In this document: piece by piece, positions 13,371-25,624 of the stretch
Layout of the letters: each line of letters begins with the position of its first letter
Position numbering within the stretch: the stretch's first letter is position 1
Assembly (NCBI RefSeq): GCF_006345805.1
Contig: NC_042999.1
Location: 120,714,001-120,778,000 of the forward strand
Source of the DNA: Octopus sinensis
Taxonomy: Eukaryota
Reading direction: 5' to 3'
DNA length: 64,000 nucleotides
The notes under the pieces: model-generated
Told to the model about the DNA's origin: nothing
What the model saw: the letters and a program-made list of their open reading frames with translations, nothing else
Databases searched by the model: none
Made by a program: the position numbers and the translations under genes

Positions 13371-14268
13371 TGTTTGACTTTTGCTTTATATTTGTACAAG
13401 TTGGCTCCAACTCTCACCCGGAGACCTCGAGAGACAACAGGTTGGAAGTTCACGTTGTTGTTATGCCTAGTGTGCATTATATTTGGTTGTTTTTTGTGTT
13501 GTACTGGTGGATGTCTAACAAAAATGTTTGTTTTAAACCTTGAGATTACATAGAGAGTACTTTGCGTAGGATAAGAGCAGTTCCCATGAGCACTATCTTT
13601 TGAATTTCTGCCATTTTGGGGTTTCCTGGTATCTGAGTTAGGTAGCTATCAGCCCCTTTTGCTATCATTCCCAGGGCACCTATGACAACAGGTATTGTTT
13701 TAGTCTTCAGGTTTCACATTTTGCTGATTTCCATTTCAAGATCTTTAAATTTACTCAGTTTTTGGTAGGTCTTGACAGATACGTTTATATCGATTGGGAC
13801 AGTTATATCAATGAGGAGGTATGTTGTTTGTTTGAAGTCATTCAATATGATGTCTGGCCTATTTGCATCTATCTTTCTGTCAGTTTGAATGGTGAAGTTC
13901 CAGAGGAGCGAGATGTGATCATTTTCAAGCACTGGGGGTGGTTTGTGTTCCCACCAGTTTTTTTCATGGGGCAAATCCAGGTTTTTGCAGATTACCCAGT
14001 GAATATATTGTGCCTACTCTGTAGGCGCTAGAAGACTGCACTTGGAGACCACATGATCAATGGTTTCATTTTGTTGCTGGCATACACCACACGTTGGACT
14101 GCTGCTGATCTTTAATATGTTGGCCTGGTCACCGGCACGGAGGCCCGTCGGGACGGCGCTGGCAACGGCCACGTTCGGACGGTTCGCTTACGTGCCACCG
14201 GCACTGGTATCGCAGCTGCAATTTCCATTGATGTTGATCGATTTCGATTTTGATTTTGAGCAGTGTGT
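13371..14268 (-). mobile_element. Tandem duplication copy 1: R4/Dong 3' end (CCHC+RLE+3'UTR) fused to a GC-rich leader
   Basis: ORF 13714-13974(-): WWEHKPPPVLENDHISLLWNFTIQTDRKIDANRPDIILND...LIDITVP. A GC-rich leader occupies about 14129-14260. The unit is identical by eye to 14338-15235. Confidence 0.92.
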
Positions 14269-14337
14269 ATTATTATTATTATATTATTATTATTATTATT
14301 ATTATTAATATTATTATTATTATTATTATTATTATTA

Positions 14338-15235
14338 TGTTTGACTTTTGCTTTATATTTGTACAAGTTGGCTCCAACTCTCACCCGGAGACCTCGAGAG
14401 ACAACAGGTTGGAAGTTCACGTTGTTGTTATGCCTAGTGTGCATTATATTTGGTTGTTTTTTGTGTTGTACTGGTGGATGTCTAACAAAAATGTTTGTTT
14501 TAAACCTTGAGATTACATAGAGAGTACTTTGCGTAGGATAAGAGCAGTTCCCATGAGCACTATCTTTTGAATTTCTGCCATTTTGGGGTTTCCTGGTATC
14601 TGAGTTAGGTAGCTATCAGCCCCTTTTGCTATCATTCCCAGGGCACCTATGACAACAGGTATTGTTTTAGTCTTCAGGTTTCACATTTTGCTGATTTCCA
14701 TTTCAAGATCTTTAAATTTACTCAGTTTTTGGTAGGTCTTGACAGATACGTTTATATCGATTGGGACAGTTATATCAATGAGGAGGTATGTTGTTTGTTT
14801 GAAGTCATTCAATATGATGTCTGGCCTATTTGCATCTATCTTTCTGTCAGTTTGAATGGTGAAGTTCCAGAGGAGCGAGATGTGATCATTTTCAAGCACT
14901 GGGGGTGGTTTGTGTTCCCACCAGTTTTTTTCATGGGGCAAATCCAGGTTTTTGCAGATTACCCAGTGAATATATTGTGCCTACTCTGTAGGCGCTAGAA
15001 GACTGCACTTGGAGACCACATGATCAATGGTTTCATTTTGTTGCTGGCATACACCACACGTTGGACTGCTGCTGATCTTTAATATGTTGGCCTGGTCACC
15101 GGCACGGAGGCCCGTCGGGACGGCGCTGGCAACGGCCACGTTCGGACGGTTCGCTTACGTGCCACCGGCACTGGTATCGCAGCTGCAATTTCCATTGATG
15201 TTGATCGATTTCGATTTTGATTTTGAGCAGTGTGT
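14338..15235 (-). mobile_element. Tandem duplication copy 2 (offset 967 bp)
   Basis: The ORF translations are identical to copy 1 (14681-14941 vs 13714-13974; 14729-14998 vs 13762-14031). Confidence 0.92.
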
Positions 15236-15246
15236 ATTATTATTAT

Positions 15247-15304
<58 letters not shown>

Positions 15305-15324
15305 ATTATTATTATTATTATTAA

Positions 15325-15355
<31 letters not shown>

Positions 15356-15389
15356 GTTATTGTTGTTATTATTATTATTATTATCTTTA

Positions 15390-16075
15390 TAACAGGTTTT
15401 GTTGGAGATCCTTGGTCTTGCATGCGCAATAGGCCTACTACCTGCAGCCTACGGTACCATGCTATTCCTTCTTTTCAGCTATTTAATGCTTACCTGATTA
15501 TTCTGGTCGTGCTAAGGAGGCAAACCTTTTGTAACAGTTCTACTGGGGACTTTATTCCAACATCCTTTATATTTCTCTTCCTTTGTTTTCCCTTTTTTCC
15601 CTGCTCTCAATTCTCCCTCGTTCCTAACTGCCACTAGCAAGGTTTCCTTACTTTGGGCTAGGTATCTCATTATTATACTTAAGTTCGATATGCATGCAGT
15701 CTTCTACACTTATTAGTCCCTTTCCTCCATTTACTCTCTTCATTTAGAGGCGATCAGTGTCTGCATGTAGATGATAAGCTTCAAGCACCGTTAGGAGCTT
15801 TTTTGACTTCCGGTTCACCTGTTCACCGAACTACTACGGCTGCGCGCGAGTTTCAGGTCGTCCATGAATAGGATGTGGTTTAGTTTTCCCTTACCGCAAC
15901 TTTATTTTCTGTAATATTTCTCTCAAAGGGATCCTTCCCAGCACGAATACCAGTCGGGACACACTGTCTCCCTGAAGGATTCCTCTCTTGATACCCTGCT
16001 GTCAATTTCGTTCTCCAGTATTTCAAGCTATTCCATATAACGCTTCTCATATTTTCTGCTACTCCATATATTTCC
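15390..16075 (-). mobile_element. Internally deleted R4/Dong-like LINE relic
   Basis: RT piece NSLKYWRTKLT (about 16000) and RLE end VGIKSPVELLQKVCLLSTTRIIR (about 15520). It is flanked by microsatellites. Confidence 0.7.
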
Positions 16076-17054
16076 TCCTCCCCTTCATCCTCCTCATCCT
16101 CCTCCTCCTCCTCCTCATCATCATCATCATCATCATCATCGTCGTCGTCGTCGTCGTCGTCGTTATTGTTATTGTTATTGTTATTGTTATTGTTGTTATT
16201 GTTGTTATTGTTATTGCTGTTATTGTTATTGTTGTTATTGTTGTCATTGTTGTTATTGTTATTGTTATTAATTTTCTTCAATCTTTTCCTTCTCACTTTC
16301 CGCTCTCATACTTCCCAGACAGCCTACTTGCTGTTTCTGTTATATGTCGACTCACCCAATGATACAATCACTTATACCCTATCACTTATAATACATCAAG
16401 TTTCCTGCTGTTTCTACTTAATTGAATATGTTTGCTCCCTAATTATAACGGGTTATAGCTACATTTTACCGAATGAAAAATTATTTCCAAATTATATAAT
16501 TTACCTTTACTTATTCTTAAGAACATCCATTAGAAATACACGTCGTTCTGTGTTGTTTCTCACGTCTCCAGAAATAATCATGTCCCCCGCCGATATTACA
16601 AGCTTACCCTCCAAATCATCTTGACTCTTTTATTTTATCGTCCTCGAATTACATACTTCATGTTTATTGACAATTTTTCTTTCTTGCTCTATTTCTCTAT
16701 TTTGATATATATACATATATACAATATACATACATACCTATGTGTATGTGAGTGAGTGCATGTATATGTATTTGTATGTATGTGTATATTTATGTATGTA
16801 TGTATATATTGCCAATTATAGTTTTCACGAAAACTAGAAGGTGATTCATAATATAGTATTCGCTTGTTCGATTTTGTTATTTGGTTAGTCTTAATTCTTC
16901 TGTACCGACTTGCAAGAGAAGATCATCCAGTCATTGAGTGGCTTTTAGATATACATCAATATAAAATACAACACAGAACGTAAGATAGCACTTGAAATCG
17001 TTGGGACGATAATAGAAGATATGGTCTCATAGACGCATTGTCTTTTATCTATTA

Positions 17055-19196
17055 CACTGGTCTGCATGATTTTTTTATTGGCTGTATGGTATCTTTTTCT
17101 GAATATATATGAAAAATAATGAGTCATTGTATTTTTTATTCATCTCTATTACATCAGGTTGTCAAGTTATACGCAGATGTTACTTTTCTCTTTTTGTATA
17201 ACAAGTAAATGATAAATTAAAATGCTTACCTTATATTGACTTAAATGTTAAATCAAATATATTATTCTTTATTTTCAGTCTGTGAATATGTGTACAGGCT
17301 GCATCAATTCACCAGATATATTCTGCTATGTCTACGGGCAATTCACACCTTCAGATTCGCAGAGCAATATTCATTCTTTGTTGAAGCGCTGCTATTTAGC
17401 TTATTTTGGCTGCAAACTGGGAGACCAGGACAAACCATTTTCATATCACAAAGCTTGCAAGAGTTGCATCAGTAAGCATCAAATGTGGTCAGTTGGAAAA
17501 CTTAAATGTATGCCCTTTGGGGTACCAATGTTATGGGGGGGAGCAGATGATCCACTATGACTGCTACATTTGTATTGAGTAAATTAGCTGAATATACCCA
17601 AACATTCCACCTGAGAAACGGGAAATTTCATCAGAGTCTGAGAGTGATACTAATGAGATGCAAGTAGACTATGAGCCACTAACAAGTGACGATCCCAAAT
17701 TCTTCAACCAAGTTGAGCTCAATGACTTGGTTAGAGACTTTAACCTTCCAAAGGAAAGTGCACAGTTACTTGGCTCTAGACTGCAGGAACACAAGCTTCT
17801 AGCTCCCGCAACAACATTCACTTGGTACCGTCATCGTGAAGCGGAATGCACTCAGTTCTTTGAGAAAGGAGATTCTTTAGTTTGCTGTTAAAATATTTCT
17901 GGCCTTATTGAACACATAGGGATGTCATACAAAGCAGATGAATGTAGGCTCTTCATTGATTCTTCTAACAGAAATTTAAAGGCTGTTCTTCTCTACAATG
18001 GTAATAAAGATGCATCTGTGCCAATTGGCCATAGTGTCCAAATGCCAGAAACTTACGAAAATATGAAGACAGTAATAATTGCAATCAAGGACCATAATCA
18101 CAATTTTCTCATTTGTAGTGATTTAAAAGTTATTGCTCTCCTAGTAGGTCTTCAAGGGGCAGACACTAAGTGTCCCTGTTTTCTGTGTCTTTGGGATAGT
18201 AGGGCAGACAGCCAGCACTATTAACAAAAAGACTGGACACCAAGAACCAGATTCTTACCCGGAAACCTGAAAGCTGTGCCACTAGTCCCCCCTCCCTCGC
18301 CCAAAAGAAAATTCTGCTGCCACCACTCCACATCAAATTATGGCTTATGTAAACTTATGTGGAGGCCTTGAACAAGAAGGGAGCTGTTTTCAAGTGCCTG
18401 GAGACAAAGCTTCCTCGTATAAGTGAAAGCAAGCTAAAAGCATGAGTCTTTGTAGGCTCTCAGATTTGGGAATTGATGAGGGACAAGCATTTTGAGGAAG
18501 CATTAGCAGGTGTAGAAGTGAATGCCTGATTTTCCTGCAAAAAGATTGTCCAAAACATCTTGGGAAACAGCCGCTCTGCAGAGTATGAAAAGATGATCCA
18601 AGACCTGATGTCAAGTTTCCAACAACTTGTGTTTAGAATGAGTGTGAAGATGCATTTTCTGCACTTGCATCTTGACTGACTATTTTCTCAAGAATTGTGT
18701 GGTGTACAGTGAGGAATAAAACGAACAGTTCCATCAAGACATTTGCACCATGGAAACCTGATACCTGGGCAAATGATAGTAGATTACTGCTGGTCATTGA
18801 AACGTGATGGTCTCGATGCACAACACAAGTGGAAATCAAAGCGGTCCTCCTACATTTGAATCAATGTATAGGCTAACCATTAGGAGCATATTTTTACATT
18901 CATTTGGCTTGATGTTGATCATTCTGATTAATTTCATGATTAACGTGGTTCATTTCATATTGATTTGGAAAAGATATGTTCTTAAAACTAACAGAATGTG
19001 CTTTTCCTTGATTACTTGCATTTAATAAATCAACAATTTATTAAACATTCAAATTTTTTATTATTAATTTGTATTTTATTCAACATCGTTATGTGACAGA
19101 GCAAAAGTGGTTTAGATATTTAAAATCAGCAACTCAAGAATATGTAACATGACATCTATGAATAGAAATTAAAAAATTCCCAAATGCAGACCAGTG
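17055..19196 (+). mobile_element. Chapaev3-like (CMC superfamily) DNA transposon, complete ends, dead transposase
   Basis: 13-bp perfect TIR CACTGGTCTGCAT / ATGCAGACCAGTG with TTA on both flanks. Transposase motifs: CINSPDIFCY, LGDQDKPFSYHKACKSC, NQVELNDLVRD, LFIDSSNRNLKAVLLYNGN, KCPCFLCLWDSR, PPLHIKL, EQFHQD, DYCWSLKRD. It has at least six in-frame stops plus frameshifts. The family name is from recall of Chapaev3 hallmarks (CACTG termini, 3-bp TWA TSD). Confidence 0.8.
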
Positions 19197-20529
19197 TTAT
19201 TCTATCTCATATTTCTACGATTATCAAGATTGCTCTAGAAATCTTATATAGAGTATTTAAGAGCCTAGCCTAATAGGATATTTCCTCAAAGTAAATTAGT
19301 TCAAAACGGGCTACTTTAGATGATCTCCAGAAATTATACTTCAAGACATAATACACAAGCATATTGTTATGTATAGAAATATTTTACCCTGTCTAATTTT
19401 TGATGGCTATAGTCAAGTTGCATGAAATATCTCTAGTAACAGCAAGCTAGAATGAATACCGAAGGTAACTCACGTGGTATCTAAAACACGCATATTATTT
19501 GATTAAGGGCAACTAAAATAGCATGGAAAAAATTCCGAGATTATTTTTATCAGACGGGGGTTTTTTTCCGTTTGTATTGTGACATTTCAGTATTTGTGAA
19601 CCTATTACTAAAATGAATAGAAACAGTGAAACTGAACACATTTTCCTTCAGATATAAATTTATTTTGTGATTATTGAGGTGGTTGTTTTCTATAATCTAC
19701 TCACTAGCTCTACTAGAGAAGATTCAATAGTTCGTTAAGCGAGAAATTCTATCAGCTTTTCTATTTACGAGGATATTGTTATTATTTTAAAGTATTAGAT
19801 GAAATATAGAATTCCTTATTGACGGTCAGCGTTTAATAGCAAAGTATTTCCGAGGAAAATTTTCGTTACAATAATAAACTGAGGGACCGAGAACTGGTGC
19901 TTAATTTTGAACTCTTTCGAGCTAACATTTGATAAAGTTGTTTACATTGATGATGCATTGTTGCATTGAAAATTAGAAACTAAATATAGCTTGCCTCACA
20001 TACTTTGCAGTAAAGCAATTAAGAATAGTCAAACTAACTAGCAAATGTAACAATAAACTAAAGAGAAAATTGACGAGTAATTTCGAGATTTACATTACAT
20101 CTCTCTCACATGAGGATCAATGAATGACTATCCTAAATTTGCACATTTAATTTTATTTTTGGCTTCATTTTAGCAAGTATTCCCATTAAGTTTACATATT
20201 TGGCTCTCGATTTTCATGGTCCATTAAAGTTAATTTCACAGACAAATCATTTTAGTCATTCATTTCCGCAATGTTTACAGTGCTGAAAGTATTAACAATA
20301 TTGCCAACTATTTTGTATTGCATATCTTAAAAATCGTTTCTAGTATATACAGGTTTAAGATATTTTCTTTCCTACAGCGAAATTTGTAACAAGCCGAAAA
20401 GTTGCTACGTTATCTTTATCTGTTTAATGCTTAAATGGACATGTTTAAATCACGCTCATGATCATGTTCATAATAATAATAATAATGATAATAATAATAA
20501 TGATAATAATAATAACAACAGCAATAATA

Positions 20530-21196
20530 ATAATAACAATGATGATGATGATGATAACACATACTTTAAAATCATTGAAAGGAGGAGAGAGTTATAAGTA
20601 TGTGGGAGTATTAGAATCTGATATAGTATTAACTATAGAAATGAAAACGAAAATTCAGAAGAAATGCATCAGAAGGGTGGGGAAGTTAATGAAGTCAATA
20701 CTAAATGATCTAGTGAAAGTTGTAAATACTAGGAAAGTATCATTACTTAGATGCTCTGCTGCTTATGTAGATTGGACAAAAACTGAATAAGCAAAGCTAG
20801 ACCTAAGAACTGGGAAGGAATTCAATAGGAATAGAGGACTCCAATCAAGGGCAGGAGTAGCAAGATAATACCTACCTAGAAAGCAAAGTGTAAGAAGGCT
20901 AATATCAGTAGAAGACTGCGTGGAGTTAGCTAGAGCAGACATAGGGAAACCAAAACATCAAGCGAATTTAAAATCCACAAGAAAAGAACAGAAACTATCT
21001 ACCTGGCAGGAGAAGGCGTTGCATGTTAGATTCTAAACGATTGTTTCAGCTAATAGTGGTAGTGCAACGAGGTTATAGATGCAGAAAGAAAAGGTGAACA
21101 GAGAGACAGAAAGTTTGTTTGTAGTTGCATAGGATCAAGCATTAAGGACTAATTGGATAAAAACCAAGATAGACAAAAACCAAGTAGATTCCCAAT
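20530..21196 (+). mobile_element. R4/Dong-like LINE fragment (RT C-terminus and thumb)
   Basis: TLKSLKGGESYKYVGVLESD...VNTRKVSLLRCSAAYVDWTKTE. It is preceded by an (ATA/ATG)n tract and belongs to the same subfamily as 25960-26700. Confidence 0.85.
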
Positions 21197-21199
21197 GAC

Positions 21200-22093
21200 G
21201 AAGAAGAGGAAGAAGAGCTATAAAACAAATGAAATCCAAACTAGAACAGTAACGGAACAGGATAAAATGATGGCAAGAAAAGCCCCTTCATGGCAAATAC
21301 TGAACTAAACTAAATGCAAAAGAAATATACAGAGAAAAATCACAGCAATGGTTGAAAAGCACCGGATTCACAGCAGAGACAGAAGGACTTTTAATTGCAG
21401 TACAAGACAAAAGCCTCCCCACCAGAAATTACCAAAAACATAATGAAAATAAACATAACAAGTAACTGCAGAATATGTGATGGACAAGAAACAATAAATC
21501 TGGCTACCCAGTCCTGACTAAGGAGGAATATATTCACAGAGACGACAGAGTTCGAACTTACATACACTGGAAGGTATACCAACACTATGGAATAAAATCA
21601 GAAAAAGGTCACAGAAAACGAGAAAGCAACCATACTCTGGGATATGCCAATACATACAGATAGAGGAATTAAGGCTAATAGGCCAGATATAATTGTCAGC
21701 GATCATGAAGAAAAATGCTTCCTCATTGATGTATCAATACCAGCAGATGACAACGTTTCTCTAAAAGAAATGGAGAAACTTTCAAAATACAAATACCTGG
21801 AAATAGAGGTAACTCGAATGTGAAATCTAAAAACAGAAACAATTCCGCTCATAGTGGGCACATTAGGTATGATAAACAAATATTCAGACAAATACATAAA
21901 AAAAACACCAGGACTTACAAATATATATATAACATACAGAAGATTGCACTACTAGGCACTGTACACATCCTGCGCAAAACACTTTCAATGCAGTAACCGT
22001 AAGAGCATCGCGGCAAACCACAGCACTTACCAAAGGCACACAGAGCTACGCTCGGTAGTGAAGTGAAAGCACATTATAGAAATAAAACTACTG
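21200..22093 (+). mobile_element. 5'-truncated R4/Dong-like LINE 3' end, sister of the 45441-49603 element
   Basis: WQEKPLHGKY, IAVQDKSLPTRNYQK, NCRICDGQETIN, MPIHTDRGIKANRPDIIV, and the 3' UTR CTCGGTAGTGAAGTGAAAGCAC...AAATAAAACTACTG followed by an (AAT/GAT)n tail. Confidence 0.92.
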
Positions 22094-23361
22094 TATAATA
22101 ATGATGATGATGATGATGATATTTCAGGTTGTCATTGAAACATTGGATTCAATACCACTCAACCCGAAGAAACATCTGGAATCTTTAGAAAATATCCTCC
22201 GATCTTGCAATTATCGACTTTACTTCGATATGCACGCATATTACGTAAGGTATTGTCTGGCTGAGATAATTGTTGTCACTTCAGACTGTACAACCCGCCG
22301 GTACATTCAATGTTTTCAATTTACATCATTATTGTGGACACAAGCTGAAAAACAGCCCGGCGGGCGGTTTTCTGGTGGCATATGAGTTGCGCATATTGAT
22401 ATTATATATACATATAGATATGATGCATAAATTATAGAGTAAACTGATAATATGCTCATGAATTGAACAAAGACTGTTATATTTATTCTGTAATCAGTAA
22501 ATTAATCCATGGTGCATTTAAAAAAGACGATAATGAAAATTGGAAAAAAATGAGGGACTCTCAAAGGAAAATGTTCATGAATCTTCACTTGAGTGAATTT
22601 GAAAAATAGATGCTCTGGTGGGAATTAATGAATTACATTTACGAAAATGAAGAGTTGCGTTTTGCTATTTTGTTGTTTCATTATATTCACTTATAGACGC
22701 CTTAAGCGTTTCTAGCCTCCCTTTCCTAGCAATTAAATCAAAACTCAAATACATTTCAATTAAAAGAAAGTAATGAATGTCTCACGTCACTGTAATATGT
22801 TTTTGCAGACACAACTCTCAGCAAATGGACCCTTTTCATTTATCTCGTTTAATATTTTGATATTTTCTTTTCTTGACACTCTTGATAATGCAACACACAT
22901 CTGACAATGTACGATGAATTGCGTTGGGATATGACATTATTGACTAAATAAATTCAAGGCGGTGCCCCAGCATGACCGCAGTCTAACAGTATTTGAAAAC
23001 TTAATTCAATTAGATAGGGATTATTGTTTTTGGACTACGTAATACTTTAAAAAATAATTTACTAACTTGTTTTGTTGTTGTTTTCGCTTTATTACATTTT
23101 TTTACAAACGCGAAGAAAAGCTATGGAATTCAAACGGAAGTTGACATTAAAAACAGAAAGCGAATCTTGTAATATTAAGCATTATGTTTAATATACAAAT
23201 AAACTATATAGTTTAAATTTTTTTTAACATTCATTTATAATTTCTTCAAAGTAATATGACATTTTTAATAACGTGAGAAAAAGAAATAAACTGGACGCAG
23301 TCCCGCACTTCTTCAATTATTATAACATAGATTGTGCAATGTCTTCAATAATAATAATAAT

Positions 23362-23410
<49 letters not shown>

Positions 23411-24019
23411 TAATAATAATAATAATGATAATAATAATAATACGGTGAATAACAGAAGTCCGCAGTGAATAACAAACACGGCAGATATGTACGAGCGAGC
23501 TCCTCGCGAAGTTGGATTAAATCTTTGCTCGTTAGCAAATAGCTTATAAGAAACAGCAAAAATATGCAAGAAAATTGATCCCTAGGGTAAACCAGATCAG
23601 GATACCTAAATATTTCTCTCATATATGAAATATAGGTACTGTCAGGCACGTTGTCGTAGAAAAACAAGCTTGTGATAATATAAAGTGATGCGACTTGCCT
23701 ATACAGGAATTGAAGCAATACGCGAGAATGCGATGTCGCTACAGAAAAACATTGTGAGTACAAATAATAATCGTATATGCAATCTTATCTCTACACAACT
23801 ACATAAATGTAATGTTTATATAACCCACACTTGCGCCCGTTCATCTCGTACATGAACAAGACAACATAGAACACACAGTGTTTAAACAAAATAAAAGAGA
23901 CACATAATAATAACAATAAATATAAAATATAACACGCCGCATTTTAAATAGAGAGAAAGAAACAGATATGCTCAGAAATAAAACTTCGAAAACAAATAAA
24001 GGCTAATTTCTGTCTATAA

Positions 24020-25231
24020 GCTTGAGGTGCTTAAGATACGGAAAGGCATACTTAACTGGAGCAGAAATATCTCGGGTTAGTGAGAGTCTGAGAGACCCTG
24101 CAGGTGGGCAACAAAGGATGGTCGGAGTTGAAAGCAGGGAGAAGAGTAGACAGGAGAAACAGAGAAATGGTGATAGGGCTGTTAAAGTTGAGAAACAGAA
24201 ACGTTATACAATGAACCCTGATACTGTGTTTGGTGGACATGCACGGGAAATGGACCAACTTGACAATGAATTGCTTGAAATTCGAAGACGACTCATCGAC
24301 TTGATGAATGCTCCAGAAGAAAAACTCCCTATAAATATGAGAAGAGTAGATATGAGTATGATAACTAAAGCAACACAAAAGGTATATACTGTCATACCAG
24401 CATCCAGATAGAGTACATAACGCAAACAAGGAATCTTCTCCGAGTTATTGCGCTACTTGTTGAGGAGAAATTACAATTTAAGAGAACAAAAAAATGGTGG
24501 ACCAAAAGAACCATGATGGAAAGGACGCATTGAAAGGGGTATAATGCGGGTATGGCAAGATCTAAGAAAAATTGAGCAATGGTTAAGAGGAACTGGAAAA
24601 GGGGGAAAAAGACACCGAGCAAAATTAGTGAAGAAATATAAAATACGGAAGAACGGGTTTGATGCAGTTAAAACAGAGGACCATGGCAAAAGGTCAGTAG
24701 ATCAGAAAATATGACCCACTTGGTAAGTGGATGTAAGACCCTTGCACAAAAAGAACACAAGCGCAGTCACGATGAAGTGATTGTGTATCTTCATTGGCTC
24801 TTATGCCGTAAATATGAAGTAACAGAGAACTGGTATGAGCATGTAACAAGTAAAGTTATGTAGGAGGATGGAAAAGTAACGATACTCTGGCACTATGATT
24901 TTCAGACGGATCGTGTAATTGAACACCGTCGGCTGGATATTGTCATATTGAATAAGAGAGAAAATTACTATTAGATCATTTATGTAACCATACCAAATGA
25001 CATGAATGTTGTGAGTAAAGAGGTTGAAAAAATCACCAAGTACTCCGAATTGAGAGTGGAAATAGTAAGATTGTATGGAATACGAGAGGGTAATGTAAAT
25101 GAGATACCAGTGGTGATCGGAGCGTTCGGCTCATTGCTATTGAAACTTCAAAACTTTTTAAGGCAACTGGAAATCCCATACAAGATTGATGTCTTGCAGA
25201 AAGTAATCTTATTGGGCACAGTACACATCAA
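24020..25231 (+). mobile_element. Internally deleted R4/Dong-like LINE (N-terminal part joined to RLE)
   Basis: PWWKGRIERGIMRVWQDL (about 24500) then jumps to FQTDRVIEHRRLDIV...KITKYSELRVEI...IPVVIGAFG...LQKVILLGT (24900-25230). Confidence 0.82.
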
Positions 25232-25624
25232 GCGCGCCGGTCGAAATGCTTAGCGGTATTTCGTCTGCCGCTACGTTCTGAATTCAAATTCTGCCGAGGT
25301 CAACTTTGCCTTTCATCGTTTCGAGAAAGATTAAATAAGTAGCAGTTACGCACTGGGGTGGATAAAATCGACTTAATCCCTTTGTCTGTTCTTGTTTGTC
25401 CTCTCTGTGTTTAACCCCTTGTGGGTAGTAAAGAAATAGATATTTCGTCTGCCGCTACGATCTGAGTTCAAATTCCGCCAAAGTCGACTTTGCCTTTCAT
25501 CCTTTCGGAGTCGATTAAATAATTACCAGTTACACATTGGGGTCGATGTAATCAACTTAATCCGTTTGCCTGTCCTTGTTTGTCCCCTCTGTGTGTAGCC
25601 CCTTCTGGGCAATAAAGAAATAAG
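25232..25624 (+). mobile_element. tRNA-derived SINE with tandem 184-bp body duplication
   Basis: The truncated head CGCCGGTCGAAATGCTTAGCGG is followed by two units starting TATTTCGTCTGCCGCTACG at 25257 and 25441. Each unit has a B-box-like motif (GAGTTCAAATTCC in unit 2, GAATTCAAATTCT in unit 1). Confidence 0.88.

Noticed and set aside
16520-16640. Short protein-like minus frame QDDLEGKLVISAGDMIISGDVRNNTERRVFLMDVLKNK
   Set aside because: About 40 codons with no convincing splice acceptor and no recognisable motif.
22950-22985. AAGGCGGTGCCCCAGCATGACCGCAGTCTAA as a regulatory site
   Set aside because: It is most simply a short 3' scrap of an octopus-type SINE.
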